This document shows, piece by piece, positions 22,694 to 32,070 of a DNA stretch of 34,022 bases (the first letter of the stretch is position 1; each line of letters opens with the position of its first letter). The stretch is from positions 1 through 34,022 of the forward strand of contig JBBDYJ010000018.1 in NCBI GenBank assembly GCA_040901675.1, given 5' to 3'. The position numbers and the translations under genes were made by a program. Under the pieces are notes generated by a model that worked only from the letters and a program-made list of their open reading frames with translations, ran no database searches and was not told where the DNA came from. Source of the DNA: Pirellulales bacterium. Lineage in GTDB: Bacteria > Planctomycetota > Planctomycetia > Pirellulales > JAICIG01.

Positions 22694-23566
22694 ATGTCGG
22701 CCACGCTGGTGAATATAACGCCCGCCGCCATGGACCCGCTTCCGGACGGCAAAAAACATGACCCGGCAGCCCAGATGGGCGTCGGCGGCCCAGATGCCAT
22801 TGCCGCAGAAACGCTCCGGCAGCCAGAGCCTGGGGGAGCCGGATGGTCCCAGCCCGCGGCGGCGGTGGATCTGGCGGAGCTGGCCGAGCACAGCCGACGG
22901 CTGGAACAGGCCTCGCCCTTGGAGATTATCGCCTGGGCGGTCGAGCAGTATTTTCCGAAGCTGACGATGGCCACGGCCTTTGGCCCCGAGGGGTGCGTGA
23001 TCCTTCACTGGCTGGCCCAGGTCGAGCCGCGGACCCACGTGTTCAATTTGGACAGCGGGTACCAGTTCAAGGAAACGCTGGCGCTGCGGGACCGGATCGC
23101 GGAGCGGTATGGGATTGAAGTGGAATTGAAGCGGCCGGAGCTGTCGGTCGAGGCGTACGAGGCGCTGCACGGCGGGCCTCTGTACAAGTCGAACCCCGAC
23201 CGCTGCTGCCACGACCGGAAGATCGTGGTGCTCAAGCAGGCGGCCGCGGGGATGAAGGCCTGGATGAGCGGCATTCGCCGCGATCAGAGCCCCGATCGGG
23301 CGCAGGCTCCGATCGTCGGTTGGGACAAGAGGTTTGGCCTGGTCAAGATCAGCCCGTTGGCCACCTGGACGAAGCAGCAAGTGTGGAAGCTGATCAGCGA
23401 CGAGGACATCCCCTACAATCCGTTGCACGACCAGGGCTACACGAGCGTCGGCTGCTGGCCTTGCACTCGAGCCGTGCTGTTCGGCGAGGACGAGCGGGCG
23501 GGGCGTTGGAGCGGCACGGCGAAGACCGAGTGCGGCCTGCACAGCCTCGAGCCGCGGGACGAGTGA
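22694..23566 (+). CDS. cysH: APS/PAPS reductase, [4Fe-4S] APS-type
   Basis: RCC...CWPC cluster ligands, YNPLHDQGY, RAGRW and ECGLH motifs; start uncertain. Confidence 0.93.
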   Translation: MSATLVNITPAAMDPLPDGKKHDPAAQMGVGGPDAIAAETLRQPEPGGAGWSQPAAAVDLAELAEHSRRLEQASPLEIIAWAVEQYFPKLTMATAFGPEGCVILHWLAQVEPRTHVFNLDSGYQFKETLALRDRIAERYGIEVELKRPELSVEAYEALHGGPLYKSNPDRCCHDRKIVVLKQAAAGMKAWMSGIRRDQSPDRAQAPIVGWDKRFGLVKISPLATWTKQQVWKLISDEDIPYNPLHDQGYTSVGCWPCTRAVLFGEDERAGRWSGTAKTECGLHSLEPRDE

Positions 23567-23577
23567 CCTGAGGAAGC

Positions 23578-24006
23578 GTGCGAATCTCCGCCAAGACCGA
23601 ATACGCCTGTATCGCGATGCTCGAGCTGGCCGGGAGCTATGGTTCGGGCGAGCCGGTGCGGATCCGCAAGATCGCGGAAGACCACGGGATTCCTTCCCGC
23701 TTCCTGGTACAGATTCTGTTGCAGCTCAAGGGCGCGGGGTACGTGACCAGCACCCGCGGCGCGATGGGCGGTTACCGCTTGATCAAGCCGCCCGACGAGG
23801 TCTCGCTGGGCGAGGTGATGCAGGTGATCGACGGCCAGGATGAGCCGATCCATTCGATGGCCTCGAAAGATTCGGTGCCCGCCAAAGTTTTGCAGGCCGC
23901 CTGGCAGGAGGTGGCCGACGTGCAGCGTGAGGCCCTTCGCACCATCACGTTTGCCGATCTCATCGACCGGTCCCGCCGCCGCGCGGGCAACATGTATTAC
24001 ATCTAG
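23578..24006 (+). CDS. Rrf2 family transcriptional regulator (CymR-like)
   Basis: ISAKTEYA, FLVQILLQLK, STRGAMGGYRL; lacks the Fe-S Cys triad; ends MYYI; directly follows cysH. Confidence 0.92.
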   Translation: MRISAKTEYACIAMLELAGSYGSGEPVRIRKIAEDHGIPSRFLVQILLQLKGAGYVTSTRGAMGGYRLIKPPDEVSLGEVMQVIDGQDEPIHSMASKDSVPAKVLQAAWQEVADVQREALRTITFADLIDRSRRRAGNMYYI

Positions 24007-24111
24007 TCGGCGGCGGGGGTTGAAACGAAGAAAAAAACACTTTCCCGGCTTGCCGGAAAGGGCGGATCGGGCAATGATTGAAGGCGACACCCTTGAGCGG
24101 GAGACCTTGCG

Positions 24112-24543
24112 ATGGCCGATCATGCGCAGTTACACCGGGCCGTGCGAAAAATCGCCTGCGATATGGTGAAGCGGCTGTACCCCAGGCGCCTTGGCAGGGA
24201 GCGCCAGGAGGAGTTGGCCACCTCGCTGGTGCGGCAGTGGGCGGGCTACGAGGGGCACGCGGCGCTGTTCACGCCGCGCGGGCGATATTGGCTGGAGTTG
24301 ACGGCGATGCCGCCGAAAGGCTTCAACGTTGCCGTAACGCAGGTACCGGGCCATCCGATCGAAGCTTTTCTGAAGGATTGGAAGATCGAGCGTGGACAAG
24401 TCCCGGCCATCGTGCGGCGGCTGAACCTCAGCCAGAGCGCCGAGTTCACCAACACCCTCGGCCGCCCTTTGCGGATGTGGATCGATCCCAAGCAGCGGAG
24501 CGTCCACATGGAACCGCTGGACGACGACAACAAGGCGACCTGA
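24112..24543 (+). CDS. hypothetical protein (143 aa)
   Basis: ORF fills the gap between flanking genes, has GGGAG upstream and a globular-looking composition. Confidence 0.7.
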   Translation: MADHAQLHRAVRKIACDMVKRLYPRRLGRERQEELATSLVRQWAGYEGHAALFTPRGRYWLELTAMPPKGFNVAVTQVPGHPIEAFLKDWKIERGQVPAIVRRLNLSQSAEFTNTLGRPLRMWIDPKQRSVHMEPLDDDNKAT

Positions 24544-24579
24544 AAGGGCCGTTGCGGGCCTCGGGGCCGAGCCAGAGAG

Positions 24580-25896
24580 CTAAGCGCCCCGCGGCGTGCC
24601 CCAGTGGTCGCGATACTCGCGGCGGACCAGGGCGTTGGCCTCCGCGTCTCCCACGATCTGTTCGGTTTGCGGATCGAAATCGATCGATCGGCTCAAGCGG
24701 GTGGCGATGTTGCCCAGATGGCACAGCGACGTCGAGAGATGGCCCGTCAGGGCGTCGGCGTTGAGCCTCGCGCCGCCGCGGACCGCGTCGCAAAAGTTGG
24801 CGACGTGGGCCTCGTCGTCCTGCGAGCCGGGCACCACGTCAACCGTGACGCGCTCGTTGCGGTCGGCTCGCACCTCGATTTTGCCGCGGCGGCTGAGGAA
24901 CATCTCTCCCTTGTCGCCGTAGAACTCGGCGCCGCTGTCGCAGTTGCGCGGGTAGTTGGTGGTCCAGAGCCGCTGCTCGTAGATCAACAGCCGGCGGTTC
25001 CCCGGCTTGCCGTCGCCGGGATACTCGAACGTCACCTGCTGGGTGTCGGGGAACTCTCCGTCGTCGTCGAAATAGAACTTGCCGCCCAAGGCCGAGATCC
25101 TGGCGGGGTGGGTATCGACCCCCAATCCCCAACGGGTGTAGTCGATGTCGTGGACGCCGTCGTTGCCCATGTCGCCCGCGCCGAAGTGGTGCCACCAGGT
25201 CCAGCGATTGTGGACGCGGTTGGTGCGATAAGGGATCATGGACGCCGGCCCGACCCAGGCATCGTAGTCGAAGTCCGCGGGCGGATCGGTGTCTTGCCCG
25301 CGCCCAATCGAGCCGCGGCGCTGGATGTTCCAGCACTTGGCCACGAGCACGTCGCCGATGATCCCCTCGCGCAGCAGCTTGACCGCCTCGATCATCATCC
25401 GCGTGCTGCGGCTTTGCGTGCCGTGCTGCACCAGGGTTTGGTTGCGCTCGGAGGCCTCGATCAGCAAGCGGCCCTCGCGGATATTGTGCGAGATCGGTTT
25501 CTCGACGTAGACGTGCTTGCCGGCGTCGCAGGCCAGAATCGAGGCGGGCGAGTGCCAATGGTCCGGCGTGGCCACGATGACCGCGTCGACCGACTTGTCG
25601 TCGAGGATGTGGCGCAGATCGTGAACGGCCCGGCTCGATTCGATGCCCAGGCTCTCGGCCGCGGCCCCTAGCCGGCTTTCGTCGACGTCACAGACGTAAG
25701 CCAGTTCGACGTTGGTCACGTTCTGGAACTTGCCGGCGTCGCCGACGCCTCGCCCGCCGCAGCCGATCAGGGCCACGACCAGCTTGTCGTTGGCGCCATT
25801 GCCGGCGGAGACCCGGGCGGCACCCAGCGCCGCGGCGGCCACGGCGCCCACCGACGACTGCTTCAGGAACTCGCGGCGATTGGCATGGTCGAGCAC
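24580..25896 (-). CDS. Tat-exported Gfo/Idh/MocA oxidoreductase
   Basis: NRREFLK Tat motif, IGCGGRG, ATPDHWH, GKHVYVEKP. Confidence 0.93.
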   Translation of the reverse strand: MLDHANRREFLKQSSVGAVAAAALGAARVSAGNGANDKLVVALIGCGGRGVGDAGKFQNVTNVELAYVCDVDESRLGAAAESLGIESSRAVHDLRHILDDKSVDAVIVATPDHWHSPASILACDAGKHVYVEKPISHNIREGRLLIEASERNQTLVQHGTQSRSTRMMIEAVKLLREGIIGDVLVAKCWNIQRRGSIGRGQDTDPPADFDYDAWVGPASMIPYRTNRVHNRWTWWHHFGAGDMGNDGVHDIDYTRWGLGVDTHPARISALGGKFYFDDDGEFPDTQQVTFEYPGDGKPGNRRLLIYEQRLWTTNYPRNCDSGAEFYGDKGEMFLSRRGKIEVRADRNERVTVDVVPGSQDDEAHVANFCDAVRGGARLNADALTGHLSTSLCHLGNIATRLSRSIDFDPQTEQIVGDAEANALVRREYRDHWGTPRGA

Positions 25897-25943
25897 GGCA
25901 GGCCTCCTTCTTCAGGTTTTTCGGGATGGTCCGGGCGCCGGTA

Positions 25944-26681
25944 TCAAGGTTTCCTGGTCTGGACGTCGCGGCCGGCGGTCCAGAATAGCGCGTTGGCGAG
26001 CATTCGTCGAAAAGCGGTTTCTTCGAAGGTTTCTTGCGCGCCCAGCGAGGTGTAGAAGACGCGCGAGCCGTTGTAGTCGCGGGTCCAGGCCAACGCCTCG
26101 CTGGGCTGGCCGGGAATGCCGCCGCGAAGCAGCACATGGATGTCGTCGGCATGCCCCTGGTTCTTGTAGAGCGAGTCGTTGGCGGTCGTTAGTTCCACGC
26201 CGTTCAGGATGGGATGCTCGTCGGCGCCGGCGGCAACCTCGATCGTGGTCACGGGGCCGACCGGATGATGCCCCTGATAGTTGCCGCCCAGCACCTCGCG
26301 ATCGAAATCGAGCCAGGTTTGCACGGCGTGGCTGGCCGTCCGGACGGCCACGATCGGCCGGCCTGACGTGGCGTATTTCTTGAACCGCCGGAGTTGCTCG
26401 CCTTCGAGCTGCATGCGCTTGATGAAGACCAGCGCCACGTCGCAATCGTCGAGCTGCTCCAAACCCGGCAGGTCGCCGGCGGCCTTGCGGACCACGCGCG
26501 TGCAGCTCACGTTGTAGTTTTTCTGCAGGTATTCCTGGAACGGGGGGAGCGAGGTTTCGGAGTCGTAGGTGTCGCACCCGGAGAGGATGCACACTTTGAG
26601 CGGCTCGCCGTCCTCGGCAGGCGCGGGGACGGCCTGCAGCATCATCAGGCCGCAAGCCAGAAAAGGGATGATGTGGCGCAT
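25944..26681 (-). CDS. ThuA-like domain secreted protein
   Basis: GRPIVAVRTASHA, VLGGNYQGH, HPILNGV, AWTR, RVFYTSLG, NALFW. Confidence 0.8.
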   Translation of the reverse strand: MRHIIPFLACGLMMLQAVPAPAEDGEPLKVCILSGCDTYDSETSLPPFQEYLQKNYNVSCTRVVRKAAGDLPGLEQLDDCDVALVFIKRMQLEGEQLRRFKKYATSGRPIVAVRTASHAVQTWLDFDREVLGGNYQGHHPVGPVTTIEVAAGADEHPILNGVELTTANDSLYKNQGHADDIHVLLRGGIPGQPSEALAWTRDYNGSRVFYTSLGAQETFEETAFRRMLANALFWTAGRDVQTRKP

Positions 26682-26954
26682 TGCCAGTGCCGTAATTGTC
26701 GATGGCTTGTTGATTCGTGATTCCGTGGACCTGTTTTGCCGATTCATCGCAGCCGCGGCCCTCAGTGTAGTTGGGGCATCTGGAATCAACAAGGAGCGCC
26801 ACCCTGCGGGCCGTTCTCATCCGCCAGATTCTCGGAGTACGTCGGCTTGTTGCCATGCGGGTGGGGCGAGGTAGACTTTAGGAAGAGCTTGGGCACGGGC
26901 ACGCCGCTCTCGGAGACTACTCGAGTAGCGGCGGGTCAACGATTGGAGGAGCCG

Positions 26955-27230
26955 ATGGCGACGGATATCGAACGACTCATTCAGGAAGTCCAGGCGCTGC
27001 CTCTGGAGGATCGAACGCGCGTCCGCAAGGCTCTTGAGGATGAAAGTAATCCTCTACAGCCGCAAAGCCAGCTCGCCTCGGAAGCAGAGCTTCAGAAGCG
27101 GCTCGTTGACGCGGGACTGCTCAAGGAGGTGAAACGCCCGCTTCGTGACGCCGGAGCATTTAAGAGCCGCAAGCTCGTGAGTATCGAAGGCAAACCGCTC
27201 TCAGAGACGATCATCGAGGAACGGCGCTAA
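26955..27230 (+). CDS. putative VapB-type antitoxin
   Basis: 91 aa, GGAGGAG RBS, C-terminal GKPLSETIIEERR, abutting a PIN toxin remnant. Confidence 0.7.
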   Translation: MATDIERLIQEVQALPLEDRTRVRKALEDESNPLQPQSQLASEAELQKRLVDAGLLKEVKRPLRDAGAFKSRKLVSIEGKPLSETIIEERR

Positions 27231-27327
27231 GTGGCCGTCCACTTCTTCGATACCAGTCTCCGCGGAACTCAACGCCGCGGCGCAGGTCGAGGGGTTCATG
27301 GTCGAGGATCCGAACAGCCATCCCTAA
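27231..27327 (+). pseudogene. VapC/PIN toxin remnant with internal deletion
   Basis: N-terminal MAVHFFDTS joined out of frame to C-terminal AELNAAAQVEGFMVEDPNSHP*. Confidence 0.75.
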
Positions 27328-27390
27328 GTTCGCCCGCGCTGATCTTGCATTCCAGCGCCTCAGCCGTGCACGCCGTCGTGCCGATGCACG

Positions 27391-28656
27391 CTACTTGGCC
27401 GCTTGCGACATGGCGGCGGCCAGGATCCGCGAGGTGCTCTCGCGCATGATGCGCGGGTCGACCGTCTTGCCCTCCAGCAGAGTCTTGCGCACGTCCTTGC
27501 CGGAGATGAAGACCGGCTTCTCGTCCTTGTGCAGCTCCATCAGGTCCACGCGGCCGACCGAGTCGTAATAGGCGGCGAAACCGACCTTCAAAGGCTTGAT
27601 CGCCAGGTCGCCGGCCAGATCGCCGAAGATCTCCTGCGCGTCGAAGTCGCCCCAGATCGACGTGCCGTCGTGGTAGGGGGCGTCGGCGTGCTTCCGGCCG
27701 ATCACGATGTCGGTGAAGCCGTAGTTCTGCCGGTAGATGGCGTGCATCACCGCTTCCTTGGGGCCGGCATAGAACATCTTGATGTCGAGCCCCAGCAGGA
27801 TCACGCGATCCGGCACGCTCTCGCCGCGCGAGCTCCACAGCGTCGGGTCGCTGTCTCCCTCGCCCAGGCTCCGCTTGTCGATCAAAGCCTCGTAGGTTTG
27901 CATCCGCACGTCGGCCGGCACGTCGTCCCCCTTGGTCTCGCCGAGCAGCGGGTTGAGGCAGGCGCCGGCGTTGTGCCCCCCGCGCAGCAAGGTCTCCAGG
28001 CCGTAGACCAGGGCGTATTCGTGGGCGCGGTGCAGCGGGTTGCGGGTCTGGAAGGCGACGATCCGCTGCCAGCCCTTTTGGATCAACAAGCTTCGCACCT
28101 CGCCGGGCGACAGCACATAGCGGCCGAACTTGGGGTGCTTGGGCCTGGGCAGAACGCGGATCTCGCCGCCAACCAGGTGCGTCTTGTCGGCGTCGCCTTT
28201 GAGCACCATGTCGCCGCCAGGATGGTCGGTGCGTTCGGTCAAATAGACGCTGCGAAGGTATTTTGTCTTGTCCCACGGATATACATCGTTCACGTCCAGC
28301 GTGGCGACCGTCTCACCGGCCGCACTCGTCAGTGCCACGCGCTGGCCGGGCGACAGCCGGGCGGCCAACTCCGAACTGACGGGCAGGGCCAGCGGAATGG
28401 TCCATGCATAGCGGCGGCCGTTGCGCTCGATGTACGCGCTGTCCAACACCCGGTCGAACGTCGCCGAGTCCATGGGGCCGGTCAACGGGCTCAAAGCGCC
28501 GTCGCCAAATCGGTAGACCGTCGAGAGATCCGCGTCGCTGACGGGCAGCTTGACGAGCCCGGCCGCCTCGGCACGGAAGGCATTCGCCTCGCCGGCAGGC
28601 ACGTTGCAGCAAACCGGCTCGTTCAGACCACCATGAGGAGGGGGTAAGTTCGGCAT
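27391..28656 (-). CDS. sat: sulfate adenylyltransferase (Sat type)
   Basis: [44 protein letters not shown] and MR motifs. Confidence 0.95.
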   Translation of the reverse strand: MPNLPPPHGGLNEPVCCNVPAGEANAFRAEAAGLVKLPVSDADLSTVYRFGDGALSPLTGPMDSATFDRVLDSAYIERNGRRYAWTIPLALPVSSELAARLSPGQRVALTSAAGETVATLDVNDVYPWDKTKYLRSVYLTERTDHPGGDMVLKGDADKTHLVGGEIRVLPRPKHPKFGRYVLSPGEVRSLLIQKGWQRIVAFQTRNPLHRAHEYALVYGLETLLRGGHNAGACLNPLLGETKGDDVPADVRMQTYEALIDKRSLGEGDSDPTLWSSRGESVPDRVILLGLDIKMFYAGPKEAVMHAIYRQNYGFTDIVIGRKHADAPYHDGTSIWGDFDAQEIFGDLAGDLAIKPLKVGFAAYYDSVGRVDLMELHKDEKPVFISGKDVRKTLLEGKTVDPRIMRESTSRILAAAMSQAAK

Positions 28657-28829
28657 GCGATCGAGTTTCCTTGCTTTCCAGTCTTTGTTTTTTGGCTTTG
28701 TGAGGGGCTAAGTATAGGAGAAAGCGGCCTGGGGCGAAAGGCGGCCGGCTGGGGACGACGGACGGGTTTGGCACGAGCAATGCACGCTCGTTCCGCGTTG
28801 ACCCGAACATGCCAAAAAGGAGTCCGATT

Positions 28830-29183
28830 ATGAAACGCTGGACACGAACGCTCTGGAAGCCGGCCCTGGCGGCCTTGCTGATCGGTTTGACGGGACTGGC
28901 GTCGTCCGACGCACTGGCTCAGCGGTGGGGCGACAGGTTTGGCCGCCGTAGCGCTGTGAGAGTCGAGAGCTTCTATCCCGGCTATTACCCCTCTCCGGGC
29001 TATTATGGCTGGTACTACGACGGCTATTCGACTGGCGGGCCGTATTATCAGTACCGGGTTCCCAGCCCGTATGGCTTCGGTACCACGTTTTACTACGGCT
29101 ACCCGCAGCCTGGCGGATATCGTTACTACGATTACTCGGTCCCGGCATACCGGCCCGATTACGGGCCAGGTTACTGGTATTGA
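28830..29183 (+). CDS. small secreted Tyr/Gly/Pro-rich hypothetical protein
   Basis: AGGAG RBS, MKR signal peptide ending ALA-Q, YYPxPGYYG-type low complexity. Confidence 0.8.
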   Translation: MKRWTRTLWKPALAALLIGLTGLASSDALAQRWGDRFGRRSAVRVESFYPGYYPSPGYYGWYYDGYSTGGPYYQYRVPSPYGFGTTFYYGYPQPGGYRYYDYSVPAYRPDYGPGYWY

Positions 29184-29387
29184 TTGAGCGGTCCGGTCGT
29201 GTCCGCTCGCCGATCGACGGCGTAGTGGTCGCCTTCGATCGAGCGCTGAGCCTGCCGAAGCCATCTGCATGGCTGCACGTCCTCCTCTGGAGGATCGCCT
29301 CAGCGTCCGTGTCCCCTTTTCCCCCGCTCCCTATTCCCTGTCCGCTTCCTGCGCCCCTTGGGGCCTTGGGGAGAGCCCGCTGGTACT

Positions 29388-29396
29388 TGCTATAAT
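29388..29396 (+). promoter_or_regulatory. extended -10 promoter TGCTATAAT for the repeat-protein cluster
   Basis: Perfect TGnTATAAT about 125 bp upstream of the ATG at 29523. Confidence 0.6.
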
Positions 29397-29449
29397 GCGG
29401 GCGACCTGCTTGGTTGCTGGTTCCTGGTTCCCAGTGACTAGGAACCAGG

Positions 29450-29506
29450 AACCAGACTTCGGACTTCGGCGAGCTCAGTCGAGTCGCGAGCTCAGTCGAG
29501 CCGCAA
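29450..29506. repeat. leader repeat AACCAGACTTCGGACTTCGGCGAGCTCAGTCGAG..., copy 1
   Basis: Recurs in expanded form at 30725-30806. Confidence 0.9.
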
Positions 29507-29522
29507 CCAGGAACTAACCGCG

Positions 29523-30809
29523 ATGAAAGACGACCTGGTCGTTCAACGTAAGATTCGCCGGCCACGCCGGCGGCGGCCGCTGTGCATCGCCCAGATCCTG
29601 GCCTGGGCCGACGCCTGGTTCCGGCGCACCGGACGCTGGCCCGACTGTGCATCCGACCGCATCCCGAAAACGGATGGCGAGAGATGGCCCACGCTGGATC
29701 GCGCGTTGCGCAGGGGACTTCGCGGCCTGCCGGGCGGGTCGTCGCTGGCCCGCTTGCTGGCCGAGCATCGCGGCAAGCGCAATCCATCGCAAGTACCGCC
29801 CCTCACGATCAAGCGCATCCTCGCCTGGGCCGACGCCCATCATGCGCGGACCGGCCGCTGGCCGCGGCTGGGATCCGGGCCGGTCGCCGAGGCGCCAGGC
29901 GAAACGTGGACGGCCGTGGGAATCGCCTTGAATCGGGGGAGTCGCGGCCTGCCGGGCGGCTCGACACTGCCCCGGTTGCTGGCCCGGCGGCGGGGCGTCC
30001 AGTTTGGTTCCGGTTTGCCGCCGTTGTCCGAGACGCAGGTGTTGCGCTGGGCCGACGCGCACCACCGCCGGACGGGACACTGGCCCACGTTGAGGTCCGG
30101 GCCAATCGAGGATGCTGCGGGCGAAACATGGCTGGGGGTTGATCGGGCGCTGCGGCACGGTCAGCGCCGCTTGCCGCGGGGGTCGTCGCTGTCGCGCCTG
30201 CTGGCGCGTCGCCGAGGGGTGGTGAAGCAGCATCGCCGCCTGCCGTTTTTAGCCATCGAACAGATTCTCGGATGGGCCGACGCGCACCACCGCCGCATGG
30301 GCCGCTGGCCGCGGCACAACTCCGGGCCGATTGCCGAGGCGCCCGGCGAGACGTGGCTCAAGATCGACTTGGCTTTGAAGGAAGGGCGTCGAGGACTGCC
30401 CGGCGGCCGATCGCTGGCCCGCCTGCTGGTCGAGCACCGTGGGGTGCGCACTGGCTACCACGTGCCGGATCTCAGCATAGAACAGATCCTGGCCTGGGCC
30501 GACACGCACCACCGGTGGACCGGCAATTGGCCCACGGCCACGTCCGGCCCGGTGCATGCTGCGCCCGGCGAGACGTGGAGCGGGATCAATAACGCGCTCG
30601 ATCAGGGGTACCGCGAACTTGCGCCCGGCTCGTCGCTGGCCCGGCTGCTGGCCGAGCACCGTGGAGTGGTCAAGCACCATCGGCGGAAGCCGCCGCGTAC
30701 GGCGGACAAGGAAGAGCTCTCGCCAACCAGACTTCGGACTTCGGCGAGACTTCGGCGAGCTCAGTCGAGCCGCTCAGTCGAGTCGCGAGCTCAGTCGAGC
30801 CGCAACTAG
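29523..30809 (+). CDS. 74-aa tandem repeat protein, paralog 1 (5 repeats, no C-cap)
   Basis: Five ILxWADAxxxRTGxWP...GETW...RGLPGGSSLxRLL units. Confidence 0.88.
   Translation: MKDDLVVQRKIRRPRRRRPLCIAQILAWADAWFRRTGRWPDCASDRIPKTDGERWPTLDRALRRGLRGLPGGSSLARLLAEHRGKRNPSQVPPLTIKRILAWADAHHARTGRWPRLGSGPVAEAPGETWTAVGIALNRGSRGLPGGSTLPRLLARRRGVQFGSGLPPLSETQVLRWADAHHRRTGHWPTLRSGPIEDAAGETWLGVDRALRHGQRRLPRGSSLSRLLARRRGVVKQHRRLPFLAIEQILGWADAHHRRMGRWPRHNSGPIAEAPGETWLKIDLALKEGRRGLPGGRSLARLLVEHRGVRTGYHVPDLSIEQILAWADTHHRWTGNWPTATSGPVHAAPGETWSGINNALDQGYRELAPGSSLARLLAEHRGVVKHHRRKPPRTADKEELSPTRLRTSARLRRAQSSRSVESRAQSSRN
30725..30806. repeat. leader repeat, copy 2 (expanded)
   Basis: Same sequence as 29450-29506 with an extra GACTTCGGCGA and an extra GCTCAGTCGAG unit. 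Confidence 0.9.
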
Positions 30810-30819
30810 CAACTAGCAG

Positions 30820-31983
30820 ATGAAAGACGACCTGCTCGTTCAACGCCAGATTCGCCGGCCGCGCCGCTTGAGAGCCCGGCGGCCGCCGACGCTGCACATC
30901 GCCCAGATCCTCGCCTGGGCCGACGCCTGGTTCGAACGCACGGGCCGCTGGCCGATGGCCCGGTCGGGGCATATCCCCGAAACAGCCGGCGAGACATGGA
31001 ACAGCGTGAACCAAGCGCTGAGTCAGGGGTTTCGCGGCCTGCCGGGAGGTTCGTCGCTGCGCCGCCTGCTGGCCCGTCACAGGGGAGTCCGCAATAAATG
31101 CATGCTGCCGCGCCTGTCCATCGAGCAGATCCTGGAATGGGCCGACGCCTGGTTCGAGCGCACCGGCCGCTGGCCGGAGGCCGAGTCGGGATACATCCCC
31201 GGAACAACCGGCGAGAAATGGATGCACGTGGAGATCGCGCTGCGACAAGGCTCTCGCGGTCTTCCCGGCGGCTCGTCGCTGGCGAGGTTATTGGCCGAGC
31301 AGCGCGGCAAGCGCAACCGAAGGGCTCTGCCCCCGTATTCGATGCGCCAGATCCTGGCCTGGGCCGACGCGCATCATGCCCGAACGGGCCGCTGGCCGAA
31401 CAGCCATTCAGGACCGATACGGGAGGCCCCGGGCGAGACGTGGCAGGCAGTCGACATGGCGTTGAGCCAAGGTCTACGTGGTTTGCCGGGCGGTTCGTCA
31501 TTGCCCCGCCTGCTGGCCCGCCGCAGGGGAGTCCGCAACCATCTGATGGTGCCGCCTCTGTCCATCGAGCAGATCCTGGCCTGGGCCGACGCCCATTTTG
31601 CGCGGACCGGCCGCTGGCCGAGCAAGCTGTCCGGACCCATCCCCGGCACGCGGGGCGAGACCTGGAGCGGCGTCGATGGAGCATTGAGGCTCGGCCAACG
31701 CGGCCTGCCGGGCGGATCGTCGCTGCCCCGGCTGCTGGCTGAGCGTCGCCGCGTGCCGAACCGCCATGCCATGCCGTTCAGCGTTGAGCAGATCCTGGCC
31801 TGGGCCGACGCTCATTTCAAGCGCACCGGCCGCAGGCCCAACACCCGCAGCGGAACGGTGGCGGAGCGTCCCGGGGTCACTTGGCTGATGGTAGACGGGT
31901 GGTTAAGAACCGGTCGCCACGGTCTGCCTGGCGGCAGCAGCCTCCGCCGGCTGCTCCAGGCTCACGGCCGCGTCAGGCTGTAG
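30820..31983 (+). CDS. 74-aa tandem repeat protein, paralog 2 (5 repeats)
   Basis: Same MKDDL N-terminus and same repeat unit. Confidence 0.9.
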   Translation: MKDDLLVQRQIRRPRRLRARRPPTLHIAQILAWADAWFERTGRWPMARSGHIPETAGETWNSVNQALSQGFRGLPGGSSLRRLLARHRGVRNKCMLPRLSIEQILEWADAWFERTGRWPEAESGYIPGTTGEKWMHVEIALRQGSRGLPGGSSLARLLAEQRGKRNRRALPPYSMRQILAWADAHHARTGRWPNSHSGPIREAPGETWQAVDMALSQGLRGLPGGSSLPRLLARRRGVRNHLMVPPLSIEQILAWADAHFARTGRWPSKLSGPIPGTRGETWSGVDGALRLGQRGLPGGSSLPRLLAERRRVPNRHAMPFSVEQILAWADAHFKRTGRRPNTRSGTVAERPGVTWLMVDGWLRTGRHGLPGGSSLRRLLQAHGRVRL

Positions 31984-32015
31984 GCTGTAGGCTGTAGGCT
32001 GTAGGCTGTAGGCTG
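31975..32015. repeat. heptamer tandem repeat (AGGCTGT)x5 plus partial
   Basis: Read directly; includes the TAG of paralog 2. Confidence 0.95.
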
Positions 32016-32034
32016 GAGGAAGGACGGACGAAGC

Positions 32035-32069
32035 ACCAGCAACCAGCAACCAGCAACCAGCAACTAACA
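32035..32069. repeat. heptamer tandem repeat (ACCAGCA)x4 plus degenerate unit
   Basis: Read directly; abuts the ATG of paralog 3. Confidence 0.93.
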
Positions 32070-32070
32070 G

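Noticed and set aside
27231..27449. 72-aa ORF as an intact protein
   Set aside because: Only the first 9 codons are PIN-like; the rest is a frameshifted read-through overlapping sat
29450..30810. GCTCAGTCGAG repeats as a CRISPR array
   Set aside because: Units are short and nested with no unique 25-45-bp spacers, and no cas genes are in the window
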